The notes under the pieces were generated by a model, which was given only the letters and a program-made list of their open reading frames with translations, was not told the DNA's origin and did no database searches. A stretch of 64,000 nucleotides of DNA. Source: a virus (taxonomy: Duplodnaviria; Caudoviricetes). Position numbers and translations under genes: made by a program. Shown here piece by piece: positions 1 through 9,555 of this stretch; positions within the stretch are counted from its first letter, which is position 1; the number at the start of each line of letters is the position of its first letter. The stretch is taken from positions 937 through 64,936 of IMG/VR virus record IMGVR_UViG_3300033064_000306. One strand, written 5' to 3'.

Positions 1-1158
1 ACAGCAGGTATAACCTATCCAGATAGCACTACGCAGGCTTCTGCGGCTAGTGGGGGAGGTGGTTTAACTTGGCAAGCCGTCTTAACATCAAATACAACGG
101 TTGGTTCTGGTAACGCTTACGCTATTAGTACCGTTTCTCAGCCTGTTGTTATAACTTTGCCTTCAAGTCCCGGCGCTGGAAATACAGTTCAGCTTACTGA
201 CTATGCTCGTACATGGGGTATTAATGCTGTAACACTAAACCGTAATGGCTCTAACATTACTAACGCCGCATCTAATATAACTTTAAATACTAATGGCGCT
301 TCCGTAGCTCTTGTATACATTGACGCTTCACAAGGGTGGATTGCATTTAACGGATTCTCTACGCCCCCTGTTGGATTTTATTCTGTTAATTATCTTATTG
401 TTGCTGGTGGAGGCGGCGGTGCTTCAGGCGGTGGCGGAGCTGGTGGTTTATTAGCTACTACAACTTCTCTAACTCCGGGAACTGCATACACAATTACTGT
501 TGGTGCTGGTGGTGCTAATTCCGCCACAGATGGTTCTGCTACAGGAACTAATGGCTCAAATTCATCGATAGTAGGCATAAATACTGCTATTGGAGGCGGT
601 GGAGGCGGTGCAACAAATTCCAGTTTTAAAAATGGTGCATCAGGTGGCTCTGGTGGTGGAGGTGCGGCGCAAGATTCTACATCTAATGGTGGTTCTGGTA
701 CTGGTGGTCAAGGAAATTCTGGAGGTTCAAACGGTGGATTTACTGCTTCTCCGTATCCTTCTGGCGGTGGAGGTGGAGCAAGTGCATCGGGAGGTGCTGC
801 AAGTTCCGGAACCGTATCAGGAAATGGTGGCGCAGGAACATCATCTAGTATTTCTGGTTCTGCTGTAACTTATGCCGGAGGTGGTGGTGGTGGAGCTTAT
901 TTTTCTACTGGAAATACAGGAGGTTCTGGTGGTGCTGGTGGCGGTGGTGCTGGCGTTTTTGGAGGTGGAACTCCGGGAACTGGTAATACAGGTGGTGGTG
1001 GAGGTGGTGGTGGAAATACTAATCGTGGTGGCAACGGCGGTTCTGGAATAATTATTATCTCTTACGCTGGCTCACAAAGAGGTTCTGGCGGAACAGTTAC
1101 TTCTAGCGGTGGCAACACAATACATACATTTACTAGCAGTTCTACCTATACGGCATAA
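1..1158 (+). CDS. Glycine-rich tail fibre/adhesin-like protein (5'-truncated by window edge)
   Basis: Frame is open from base 1 (TAGITYPDSTTQASAAS...). Contains YLIVAGGGGG, polyglycine blocks and C-terminal HTFTSS, shared with three paralogs in the window. Confidence 0.7.
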   Translation, partial: TAGITYPDSTTQASAASGGGGLTWQAVLTSNTTVGSGNAYAISTVSQPVVITLPSSPGAGNTVQLTDYARTWGINAVTLNRNGSNITNAASNITLNTNGASVALVYIDASQGWIAFNGFSTPPVGFYSVNYLIVAGGGGGASGGGGAGGLLATTTSLTPGTAYTITVGAGGANSATDGSATGTNGSNSSIVGINTAIGGGGGGATNSSFKNGASGGSGGGGAAQDSTSNGGSGTGGQGNSGGSNGGFTASPYPSGGGGGASASGGAASSGTVSGNGGAGTSSSISGSAVTYAGGGGGGAYFSTGNTGGSGGAGGGGAGVFGGGTPGTGNTGGGGGGGGNTNRGGNGGSGIIIISYAGSQRGSGGTVTSSGGNTIHTFTSSSTYTA

Positions 1159-1161
1159 ACC

Positions 1162-1446
1162 ATGCCAAGCACAATCAATGCACAAGCAGGAAATGCCACA
1201 GCCTATACAGCCCTAATTAAAACGGGTGCGGCTGATGCTAATCTTGCGCTTGAAACAAACGGCATTGATGCAGTAACAATTAATCAGCTTCAAAACGCAA
1301 ACTTTGTTTCTACTGGGTCAATAACAATCCCCGCAGGGACAATTGCCCAAAGACCCAGCCCAGCAGTAAACGGTATGTTTAGATATAACACCAGCAACAG
1401 TACTTTTGAGGCTTACATTAACGGAGCTTGGAATTTTATACCATGA
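1162..1446 (+). CDS. Short tail-fibre-associated protein (GTxAQRP...GMxRYN module only)
   Basis: Similar to the N-terminal part of the next gene; ATGA overlap with it. Confidence 0.6.
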   Translation: MPSTINAQAGNATAYTALIKTGAADANLALETNGIDAVTINQLQNANFVSTGSITIPAGTIAQRPSPAVNGMFRYNTSNSTFEAYINGAWNFIP

Positions 1447-2504
1447 CAACCAAATTAAACGCATCTACGGCTGGCTTAGTCGAAACAGTAGATACTTCTG
1501 GAATCCTTGAGTTTCAGACTGCAAACACAACTGCCGTCATTATTGGCACAGATCAAAACGCTAACTTTACTAGCACAGGAGCAATCACACTTCCTGTAGG
1601 AACAACCGCACAAAGACCAACAGGTGTAAATGGGATGCTAAGGTATAGCACTGATACTGGTCTTGAAGGCTATGTTGATGGTAATTGGGCTATTATTTTC
1701 GGTTTGTCTTACACAGTTAGTTATCTTATGGTGGCTGGTGGCGGTGGTGGAGGATTTAACAAATCAGGTGGTGGAGGCGCAGGCGGGTTATTAGCAAATA
1801 CAACAACAATTACTTCCGGTACATCTTATACAGTTACAGTAGGCGGTGGTGGTGCTGTTGGAACTAGTGGTGTTGCTGGGACTAATGGTTCTAATTCTTC
1901 TTTTACTGGTTTAACTACTGTTGTAGGCGGTGGTGGTGGTGGTACTTATATAGGAAGTTCTGGTGGTGCATCAAATGGAGTTGCTGGCGGTTCTGGGGGT
2001 GGGGGTTCTGGCGGAGATGTAAGCCCTGCTGGTACTGCTGGAGCTGCAACCTCAGGTCAAGGAAATGCTGGTGGTGCTGGTTCTTTTAATTCTTCTGCTG
2101 GTTCTGGCGGTGGCGGGGGTGGAGCAGGTGCTACGGGAACTGCTGGTTCTTCGCCAAACGGAGGCAATGGTGGTACAGGTACAGCTTCATCAATAAGTGG
2201 TAGTAGCGTCACCTATGCAGGCGGTGGTGGTGGGGCATCTTTCCAAACTTCTGGTACTGGCGGTACTGGTGGGTCTGGTGGAGGCGGAAACGGAGCAACA
2301 TCTGGTGGTGCATCAACAGCAGGAACAGCTAATACTGGTGGAGGTGGAGGTGGCGCTCATACTACTGGAGTTGGTACTGGTGGTTCTGGAATAATTATTA
2401 TTTCGTATGTGTCTGCAACCCAACGAGGTACGGGTGGAACTGTTACATCATCAGGTGGTAGCTATATCCACACATTCACATCTAGCGGTACTTACACAGG
2501 CTAA
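1443..2504 (+). CDS. Glycine-rich tail fibre/adhesin with N-terminal GTTAQRP module
   Basis: ATG at 1443 overlaps the upstream stop; YLMVAGGGGGG...HTFTSSG domain. Confidence 0.7.
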   Translation: MTTKLNASTAGLVETVDTSGILEFQTANTTAVIIGTDQNANFTSTGAITLPVGTTAQRPTGVNGMLRYSTDTGLEGYVDGNWAIIFGLSYTVSYLMVAGGGGGGFNKSGGGGAGGLLANTTTITSGTSYTVTVGGGGAVGTSGVAGTNGSNSSFTGLTTVVGGGGGGTYIGSSGGASNGVAGGSGGGGSGGDVSPAGTAGAATSGQGNAGGAGSFNSSAGSGGGGGGAGATGTAGSSPNGGNGGTGTASSISGSSVTYAGGGGGASFQTSGTGGTGGSGGGGNGATSGGASTAGTANTGGGGGGAHTTGVGTGGSGIIIISYVSATQRGTGGTVTSSGGSYIHTFTSSGTYTG

Positions 2505-2506
2505 CT

Positions 2507-3412
2507 ATGTTTTTTGGATTTAGCCCCTACGCTGACACGCCCTATGCGGACCAAGGTGGAATCTCGTCTGTTAGTGTCTCGGTATCGGTTACTGGCGTAC
2601 AGGCGGTTGGGTATCTAGGCACTGCTGGTGTTACTGGCGAGGCTAACGTATTTGTAACAGGCACAGAGGCTATTGGTATTGTTGGGCAAGTAGATACTCA
2701 AGCTGGTGCAAATGTACTGTTAACTGGCGTTCAAGCGATAGGTCAAACAGGTACTGTACAGGTATTTAGCGACCAAAACATCTTAGTAACAGGCGTTCAA
2801 GGTGTAGGTCAAACTGGCGAAGTGCTTGTATTTGAAGGGCATGGAGTCCTTGTAACAGGCGTAGAAGCCTTTGGATATGTAGGATCAGTAACTACAACAG
2901 CTAGCGCAGTAATAAATCTTACGGGTGTTCAGGGCGTAGGACAAATAGGCACGGCTACTGTAAATGCTGCGGCAAATGTCCCCGTAACAGGCGTTGTTGG
3001 TATTGGACAAGTTGGCACTGTAGATGTAGCTGCTAATGCTGATGTATTTGTAACAGGCGTTCAAGGCAATATGCAGCTTGGTACCGCATCAGTAACAGGC
3101 GGCGCTGTAGTTCACCTAATTGGCGTTGAAGCCCCAGTACAGTTAGGTACAGTAACAGTCCTCTTGTCAATTCAAGTGCCATTAACAGGCGTACAAGCAA
3201 TAGGCTATGTAGGCAATGCAAGCGTTATAGGAAATGCCGTTATCTACTTAACAGGCGTCCAAGCACGGGGTATAATTGGGCAAGTATTAGTTTGGGGTCA
3301 AATACCCGATAATTCAAACACAACTTGGACAGATATTAACGATTCTAGCAATTCTAGCTGGACACAAGTTGTTGATAATGCAGTAACCGAATGGGATTTA
3401 ATAGCAGCTTAA
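2507..3412 (+). CDS. Virion/tail protein with repeated V(L)TGV(Q/E)AxGxVG units
   Basis: About 11 imperfect 22-24 aa beta-rich repeats; located in the tail module. Confidence 0.55.
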   Translation: MFFGFSPYADTPYADQGGISSVSVSVSVTGVQAVGYLGTAGVTGEANVFVTGTEAIGIVGQVDTQAGANVLLTGVQAIGQTGTVQVFSDQNILVTGVQGVGQTGEVLVFEGHGVLVTGVEAFGYVGSVTTTASAVINLTGVQGVGQIGTATVNAAANVPVTGVVGIGQVGTVDVAANADVFVTGVQGNMQLGTASVTGGAVVHLIGVEAPVQLGTVTVLLSIQVPLTGVQAIGYVGNASVIGNAVIYLTGVQARGIIGQVLVWGQIPDNSNTTWTDINDSSNSSWTQVVDNAVTEWDLIAA

Positions 3413-3421
3413 AGGAAAATC

Positions 3422-4282
3422 ATGCCATCAACTTTTTCGACATCGCTCAAATTAGAGCTTATTGGTAACGGTGAACAAGCCGGTGTATGGGGTACTACGA
3501 CCAATAATAACCTAGGTACCTTGCTAGAACAGGCAATTACTGGGGTTGAGCCAATTACTTTAACTGGTGATTATACCCTTACAAATTTTAACGGTTTATC
3601 AGATCAAGCTCGTAATGCGGTTTTAGTTCTTAGCGGATCTTTAGCTTCGCCGTGTAACGTTATAACGCCTTCTGTAAACAAAACCTATATTGTCCGCAAT
3701 TTTTCGGGCGCTACTGTAACGATTAAAACGTCTGGTGGAAACGGTATTGCATTAACTAATGCTGCTTCGGCTGTGGTTTTTTGTGATGGTACTGATTTTT
3801 ATTCTGCAACAACTTTAAACCTCGTTGATGGTAATTTAACGGTTACTGGTAATACAAGCTCCAACACATTAGCAGTAACGTCGTTTTTTACGGCGCCAGA
3901 AATTAATGAAAGAGCCACGGTTACTGGAACTGGCATTGGTAGCACTTTAAATTTTGATACTTTAACTCAAACCGTTTATTACTCTACTGGCAGCGCAACT
4001 GCTAACTGTACAGTTAATATTCGTGGAAACTCTGGTACTACACTTAATAGTTTAATATCTAATGGGCAATCTACTTGTGTATCAGTATTTGTGACAAACG
4101 GCGCAACACCTTTTTATATAAGTGCATTAACTATTGATGGGGTTTCTAATACGCCAAAGTACCAAGGTGGAATTACTATTACTGCGGGTAATGCTAATTC
4201 TGTGGATATATATACCTTTAATGTTATTAAGACAGCAAATGCTACTTACGCCGTGTTTGCTTCACAAACTCAGTTTGCATAA
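3422..4282 (+). CDS. Tail fibre-related structural protein
   Basis: AAGGA RBS; Thr/Asn/Gly-rich beta protein between fibre genes. Confidence 0.55.
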   Translation: MPSTFSTSLKLELIGNGEQAGVWGTTTNNNLGTLLEQAITGVEPITLTGDYTLTNFNGLSDQARNAVLVLSGSLASPCNVITPSVNKTYIVRNFSGATVTIKTSGGNGIALTNAASAVVFCDGTDFYSATTLNLVDGNLTVTGNTSSNTLAVTSFFTAPEINERATVTGTGIGSTLNFDTLTQTVYYSTGSATANCTVNIRGNSGTTLNSLISNGQSTCVSVFVTNGATPFYISALTIDGVSNTPKYQGGITITAGNANSVDIYTFNVIKTANATYAVFASQTQFA

Positions 4283-5118
4283 TGCCAATACTAAATACTC
4301 GAGGAACCGCCTCTGCTAAAGCATTTGGGTTTACTTCTAGCCCTTCGTTAGTGGTTTCTTATTTAATAGTAGCAGGCGGTGGCGGAGGTGGCGATAACCG
4401 AGGAGGGGGCGCTGGTGCTGGCGGTTTATTAGCTAGTTCTGCAACACTTTTATCAAAAACGGCTCATTCCATTGTGGTAGGTGCTGGTGGTGCTGGCTCT
4501 ACATCAGCCAATTCAACCAATGGTTTTAACTCTACTGGATTAGGATTAACTTCTATTGGTGGTGGTAAAGGTGGACAAGCTACTGGTGGTTCTGGCGGTG
4601 CGCCAAACGGTACAAACGGAAGTGTCATCGCTGGTAGCGCTGGCACGGTAGGACAAGGAAATGCGTCTGGTGCTAATGCACCTGATACAGGCAATACTGG
4701 CGCAGGAGGCGGGGGTGGAGGCGCAGGAGCGGTAGGCGGCAATGGTAGCGGTTCAGACGGTGGTACTGGCGGTATTGGATCAACTTCATCTATTACAGGC
4801 ACATCATCCTATTATGCAGGCGGTGGCGGGGGTGGTAATGGCGATGGTACAGCGAGCTCTGCTTCAGGCGGTCTGGGAGGCGGTGGCAATGCCTCAAACG
4901 GTAATAATGGTGGTGCTGGCACAATTAATTTAGGTGGTGGTGGCGCTGGTGGTTCTTACGCTATCAGAAACGGTGGTAACGGTGGGTCAGGAATTGTCAT
5001 TATTAGCTATACAGGGACTCAAAAAGCTACTGGTGGCACAGTTACATCCTTTACTTCTAGCGGTGTTACCAATTTTGTACATACTTTTACAACTAGTGGT
5101 ACTTTCACAACGATCTAA
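4282..5118 (+). CDS. Glycine-rich adhesin-like protein
   Basis: YLIVAGGGGGG...HTFTTSG domain paralogous to 1-1158. Confidence 0.7.
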   Translation: MPILNTRGTASAKAFGFTSSPSLVVSYLIVAGGGGGGDNRGGGAGAGGLLASSATLLSKTAHSIVVGAGGAGSTSANSTNGFNSTGLGLTSIGGGKGGQATGGSGGAPNGTNGSVIAGSAGTVGQGNASGANAPDTGNTGAGGGGGGAGAVGGNGSGSDGGTGGIGSTSSITGTSSYYAGGGGGGNGDGTASSASGGLGGGGNASNGNNGGAGTINLGGGGAGGSYAIRNGGNGGSGIVIISYTGTQKATGGTVTSFTSSGVTNFVHTFTTSGTFTTI

Positions 5119-5185
5119 TTATATTTTTTCTGCTGGCGGCTATACCTATCATAAATTTACTTCTTCAGGAACATTAACAGCATGA
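5117..5185 (+). pseudogene. Orphan 3' end of a glycine-rich adhesin gene
   Basis: Encodes NYIFSAGGYTYHKFTSSGTLTA*, matching the paralog C-termini, in another frame and without a start; its stop overlaps ATG 5182. Confidence 0.55.
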
Positions 5186-5394
5186 TTATTGAACAACAAG
5201 CAAAAGAGCTAGCACCAGATGTTATGGACGTAGCAACTAAAGTTGAAATCTATTGCCCACAATGTAGTCGGGATGTGGATGAAACTGAGTTAGCTGCCAA
5301 AAAATGTAATGATTGCGGCGCCGATTTAACTGAACCTAAACAGCACGTTGCTGTAGCGGTAACTTCTGTGCCTGTTATTGGAATTACTTGGTAA
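5182..5394 (+). CDS. Small Zn-ribbon protein
   Basis: CPQC...CNDC. Confidence 0.55.
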   Translation: MIIEQQAKELAPDVMDVATKVEIYCPQCSRDVDETELAAKKCNDCGADLTEPKQHVAVAVTSVPVIGITW

Positions 5395-5582
5395 TGAAGA
5401 TGTACAAGTCAAAGACGATGTGGTTTTCTCTTGCCATGTTGGTGTTTGGCGCTGTAGAAATGTACTTCCCGTATTTAAGAGATAACATTGATCCTAGGTA
5501 CTATGGCCCTATTTTTATGACTATTGGTGTTATCTGTGCTGTTTTGCGGTTTTACACTACTCACCCATTGGACGAAAAATGA
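5394..5582 (+). CDS. Putative holin
   Basis: About 62 aa with two hydrophobic segments, upstream of the endolysin. Confidence 0.5.
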   Translation: MKMYKSKTMWFSLAMLVFGAVEMYFPYLRDNIDPRYYGPIFMTIGVICAVLRFYTTHPLDEK

Positions 5583-6136
5583 ATAAACTTTTATATTGGT
5601 TAGTGCTAGTACCTGTTAATTTAGTTGGCACAATTTTAACGTTTCCATTAGCTTTTATTATTGGAATCATGTACAGCACTCAAATTGGCTGGTGCAATAA
5701 CGCCACAGTTTGGGAGTCAGGTCCACGCCTATGGTCATTCCTATTATGGTTTCAAACCCCAGATAACAGCTTAGACGGAGATGAAACATTCCGTGCTGCT
5801 CATAACCCTTGTTGGTGGTCTAAGGTTCAATGGCTGTGGCGCAACCCGTTCTATGGCTTTGCAGTCAAGTTTATTAACGGCTCATCGGGTATGACTTACC
5901 AAGGCGACATTAATTGTAACGAGCAGAATGAAGGCACTATCCGTGTGCAGGGTCAAGGATTATGGCAGTACAACAGCTATCACCGTGTTTTTAGCAAGAT
6001 GATGATTTTAAACTTTGGACACAATATCCGTGCGCTAGTTGATCCAGCATTCATTACGCCAGACCAATGGCATGACAACACAGCGTTAATTAAAAACTTC
6101 CCAGCAACTTTTGCCTTTACTGTTCGATTTGTGTAA
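5579..6136 (+). CDS. Membrane-anchored hypothetical protein in the lysis region
   Basis: N-terminal hydrophobic segment; Trp-rich (TPDNSLDGD, WLWRNP). Confidence 0.5.
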   Translation: MNKLLYWLVLVPVNLVGTILTFPLAFIIGIMYSTQIGWCNNATVWESGPRLWSFLLWFQTPDNSLDGDETFRAAHNPCWWSKVQWLWRNPFYGFAVKFINGSSGMTYQGDINCNEQNEGTIRVQGQGLWQYNSYHRVFSKMMILNFGHNIRALVDPAFITPDQWHDNTALIKNFPATFAFTVRFV

Positions 6137-6555
6137 TGTTTGGACTAACAATACCTATTCAGTTTTATATCTATGCAGCCCTATCTTTGGCGGCTGTTGG
6201 TGGTCTTGGCTACGGCAAGTATCAATCCGTTAAGTATGATGCCTATGTATCTAAAGCTGAAGCACAAGCTAAAGAACAGGAAATGATTAATTTATACAAG
6301 GCTAAGGAAGCCTTTCAAGTAAACGAAAAGGTAAAAAATGACTATCAGAACAAGCTGTCTCTTATTAGGTCTACTTATGGTGGGGTGCGCCTCCCCAGTA
6401 GCGGTCAAACAAGCCCAGTTTCCAACACCGCCAGCCCTACTGATGGCACCCCCGCCGACCTTAAATTTATTGAAAAATGTGCAATAACTACTCAGCAACT
6501 GGTTTCCTTACAGGCATGGCTTAACGAGCAGATAGGTATCTTTAATGCTAAGTAA
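6136..6555 (+). CDS. Putative Rz-like inner spanin
   Basis: N-terminal transmembrane segment, coiled coil, C-terminal Cys; next to the endolysin. Confidence 0.5.
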   Translation: MFGLTIPIQFYIYAALSLAAVGGLGYGKYQSVKYDAYVSKAEAQAKEQEMINLYKAKEAFQVNEKVKNDYQNKLSLIRSTYGGVRLPSSGQTSPVSNTASPTDGTPADLKFIEKCAITTQQLVSLQAWLNEQIGIFNAK

Positions 6556-7057
6556 TTTCAATAGGTCTTTGCTCTTATTGTTAAAGCACGAAGGTGGTTA
6601 CGTAAACCACCCATCTGATCCCGGAGGCATGACAAACCTTGGCGTAACTGCTAAAGTATGGGAAAGCTGGGTAGGTCATCCTGTAGATGAAAAACAGATG
6701 AAGGCACTAACTCCAGATGATGTATCACCTTTATATAAAAGGAAATACTGGGATGCTTGCAGAGCTGATGAGCTTGTATCTGGTCTTGACTACGCTGTTT
6801 TTGACTGCGCTGTTAATTCCGGGGTCGGGCGTGCCGTTAAATTGTTGCAAAGTTGTGTTGGGGCTGTTGCTGACGGTAGTATTGGCGCAGCTACTATGGC
6901 TGCCGTAAGTCAAGCGGTGCCGACTAGTCTTATAGAAGACTTTAGTAATGCTCGGTTAAATTTCTTGCGGGCGTTAAATACTTGGCCTACTTTTGGTAGA
7001 GGCTGGGAACGTCGTGTAAATGAAGTAAAAAAAGAAGCACTAAGGATTTTAGGGTAA
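6545..7057 (+). CDS. Endolysin, glycoside hydrolase family 108 with C-terminal peptidoglycan-binding domain
   Basis: HEGGYVNHPSDPGGMTNLGVT motif and FGRGWERR C-terminus. Confidence 0.9.
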   Translation: MLSNFNRSLLLLLKHEGGYVNHPSDPGGMTNLGVTAKVWESWVGHPVDEKQMKALTPDDVSPLYKRKYWDACRADELVSGLDYAVFDCAVNSGVGRAVKLLQSCVGAVADGSIGAATMAAVSQAVPTSLIEDFSNARLNFLRALNTWPTFGRGWERRVNEVKKEALRILG

Positions 7058-7060
7058 ACC

Positions 7061-9217
7061 ATGCCATTACAAAAATTACAACTTAGACCCGGCTTAAATC
7101 GAGAAGGCACCGACTACTCTAACGAGGGCGGATACTTTGACGGCGATAAAATTCGTTTTCGTTCTGGCTTTCCAGAAAAGCTGGGTGGTTGGATCCGTTT
7201 AAGTACATATAAGTTTATTGGGGTTGCTCGTTCTATTTGGAACTGGGCTACGTTAACAGGTATTAACTATTTAGGCATTGGTACTAACCTTAAATATTAC
7301 ATCGAGTCTAGCGGTCAATACTATGATATTACCCCAATCATAGCCACAAACACTTTTAACAACGTATTTGCTACGGGGTATACAACTTTAGCTTCAAACA
7401 TTACGGCTACTGTAAACACAATCTCATTAACTAATGCTACTTATTTTCCAGAAAACAGTGGACTTATTAACATTGATAGCGAAAACATTTTTTACAGTAC
7501 TAGAACAGCTAATACGGTTTCTGGTTGTGTTCGAGGTTATAATAGCACCACGGCAGCAACACATACTTCCGGAGCAAACGTATCTAGTGCATTTGTGTTT
7601 TTTAATGATTCCTCTGCAACTATACCGGCTATTGACAAGCAGTTTGTAATTATGGCTAATAGTACTGCGGTAGATGGTTTTTCTGCAAACTTAATTAACC
7701 AAGAGCATCAAGTCTTTAAATACACCTCTACTGGTGGATGTTTCTTTTTACCTGCTGTTACAGATGGCAATCTTGCTAATGCAACTTTTTCTAATGCGTC
7801 TGTAACTACGGCTGGCGGTAACGCTATATCTGTGCAATATGAAGTTCAACCCGGCTTAGATGTATATACACTAGGCAATGGTTGGGGCGCTGGTCCTTGG
7901 GGTTTTTATGGTTGGGGTAATGCAGCGCCAACTAGTGTTGGACAACAACTCCGTCTTTGGACTAACGATAACTATGGTCAAGATTTAGTATTTGCTCCTC
8001 GTGGTGGTCAGATTTATTATTGGGAAGCTAACACAGGGACTTCTTATCGTGGAATTCCTTTGTCTTCCGCTGCTAATAGCGCTTCATATAGTGGAGAGTT
8101 TGTCCCTCAAGCTACTAACGTAGTTGTTGCTTCTGCTATTCAACGATTTGTTATTGCGTTTGGCTCCAATAGTTACGCTGTTGGTGATCCAAATACAGAC
8201 TTTGATCCAATGCTGGTACGCTGGTCAGACCAAGAAAACCCATACGAATGGGTGCCTGCAGTTACTAATCAATCCGGTGAATTTCGGTTATCTAATGGTT
8301 CGTACATCATGGATGCGCAAGCAACCCGCCAAGAGATTTTAGTTTGGACTGATTCGGCTATTTATTCTATGCAGTACTTAGGGCCTCCTTACGTTTGGGG
8401 TTTTCAGATTTTGATGGACAACATCTCCATTATGTCACCCAACGCAAACATCACCATTAACAACGTTACCTACTGGATGGGTACGGATAAGTTTTATATG
8501 TATTCTGGTCGTGTAGAAACTTTGCCTTGTGCACTGCGTCAATATGTATTTAATGACATTAATAAAGACCAAGCATATCAAATAACCGTTGGTGGTAATG
8601 AAGGGTATAACGAAATCTGGTGGTTCTATTGCTCTACCGATAGCGTTGTAATTGATAAGTATGTTATCTACAACTACCTTGACCGAGTATGGTATTACGG
8701 CACTTTAGACAGAACGGCTTGGTTAGATTCTGGTATTCGTACAAACCCTATGAGTACATATATCAATGGGGCTGATGGTGTTGGTAACCCAACGGGAACT
8801 GTTCTTTTCCATGAAGTTGGTAATGATGATGCCTCTGGAGATACTACGGTACCCATTACAGCGTATGTGCAATCATCTGATTTTGACATTGGTGACGGGC
8901 ATAACTTTGCATTGGTATGGCGAATACTTCCTGACGTAAACTTCAATGGTTCAAGCATAAATCAACCTGCTGTAACAATGACCTTAAAACCAAGAGTTAA
9001 CAGCGGCTCTGCTTATGAGACTGCCGATTTACCCACAGTAACAAGTTCAAATAACTTTGCTACTTACCCACAATACACAGTGCAAGAGTTTACTGGGCAG
9101 GTCTATACCCGCCTGCGTGGTCGTCAAATGGCATTTAAAATTAGTTCTGATGGTTTAGGTGTGGCTTGGCAGCTTGGTACTCCACGTATTGATATTAAGA
9201 ACGATGGTAGAAGATGA
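7061..9217 (+). CDS. Tail hub / packaged-DNA stabilisation protein (P22 gp10-like)
   Basis: 718-aa beta-rich protein preceding the ejection genes; VRWSDQE-type motif. Confidence 0.6.
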   Translation: MPLQKLQLRPGLNREGTDYSNEGGYFDGDKIRFRSGFPEKLGGWIRLSTYKFIGVARSIWNWATLTGINYLGIGTNLKYYIESSGQYYDITPIIATNTFNNVFATGYTTLASNITATVNTISLTNATYFPENSGLINIDSENIFYSTRTANTVSGCVRGYNSTTAATHTSGANVSSAFVFFNDSSATIPAIDKQFVIMANSTAVDGFSANLINQEHQVFKYTSTGGCFFLPAVTDGNLANATFSNASVTTAGGNAISVQYEVQPGLDVYTLGNGWGAGPWGFYGWGNAAPTSVGQQLRLWTNDNYGQDLVFAPRGGQIYYWEANTGTSYRGIPLSSAANSASYSGEFVPQATNVVVASAIQRFVIAFGSNSYAVGDPNTDFDPMLVRWSDQENPYEWVPAVTNQSGEFRLSNGSYIMDAQATRQEILVWTDSAIYSMQYLGPPYVWGFQILMDNISIMSPNANITINNVTYWMGTDKFYMYSGRVETLPCALRQYVFNDINKDQAYQITVGGNEGYNEIWWFYCSTDSVVIDKYVIYNYLDRVWYYGTLDRTAWLDSGIRTNPMSTYINGADGVGNPTGTVLFHEVGNDDASGDTTVPITAYVQSSDFDIGDGHNFALVWRILPDVNFNGSSINQPAVTMTLKPRVNSGSAYETADLPTVTSSNNFATYPQYTVQEFTGQVYTRLRGRQMAFKISSDGLGVAWQLGTPRIDIKNDGRR

Positions 9218-9519
9218 GTACTGGAACAACAAAAGCCCCTAATTTACCTATTGCTCCGGTAGATTACAATCAGCAGTACCAAGATCAGCTTAATAACGTT
9301 CTACGTCTGTATTTTAATCAATTAGATAATCCGGGACCTTGTTCCGCTTCTACTCAAAGAAATGGTACTAAAGTTATTGCAGCCCTTAATTTTAGCCAAG
9401 CAAATGCCACAGGGGTGCAGGTGGTTAGTATTCCCACTCAAACCGATTTAGTGTATCTGCGAGTAGGAGATATATATATGGATACTGCTAACGCATACGT
9501 TTTGAAAGTTAAGATTTAA
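9214..9519 (+). CDS. Hypothetical virion protein
   Basis: ATGA-coupled ORF in the late operon. Confidence 0.5.
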   Translation: MSTGTTKAPNLPIAPVDYNQQYQDQLNNVLRLYFNQLDNPGPCSASTQRNGTKVIAALNFSQANATGVQVVSIPTQTDLVYLRVGDIYMDTANAYVLKVKI

Positions 9520-9555
9520 ATGATAAACTTCAACATAATTAACAGTGGGGCCTAA

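Noticed and set aside
1-5185. Diversity-generating retroelement acting on adhesin paralogs
   Set aside because: No reverse transcriptase and no template/variable repeat pair differing only at adenines in the window.
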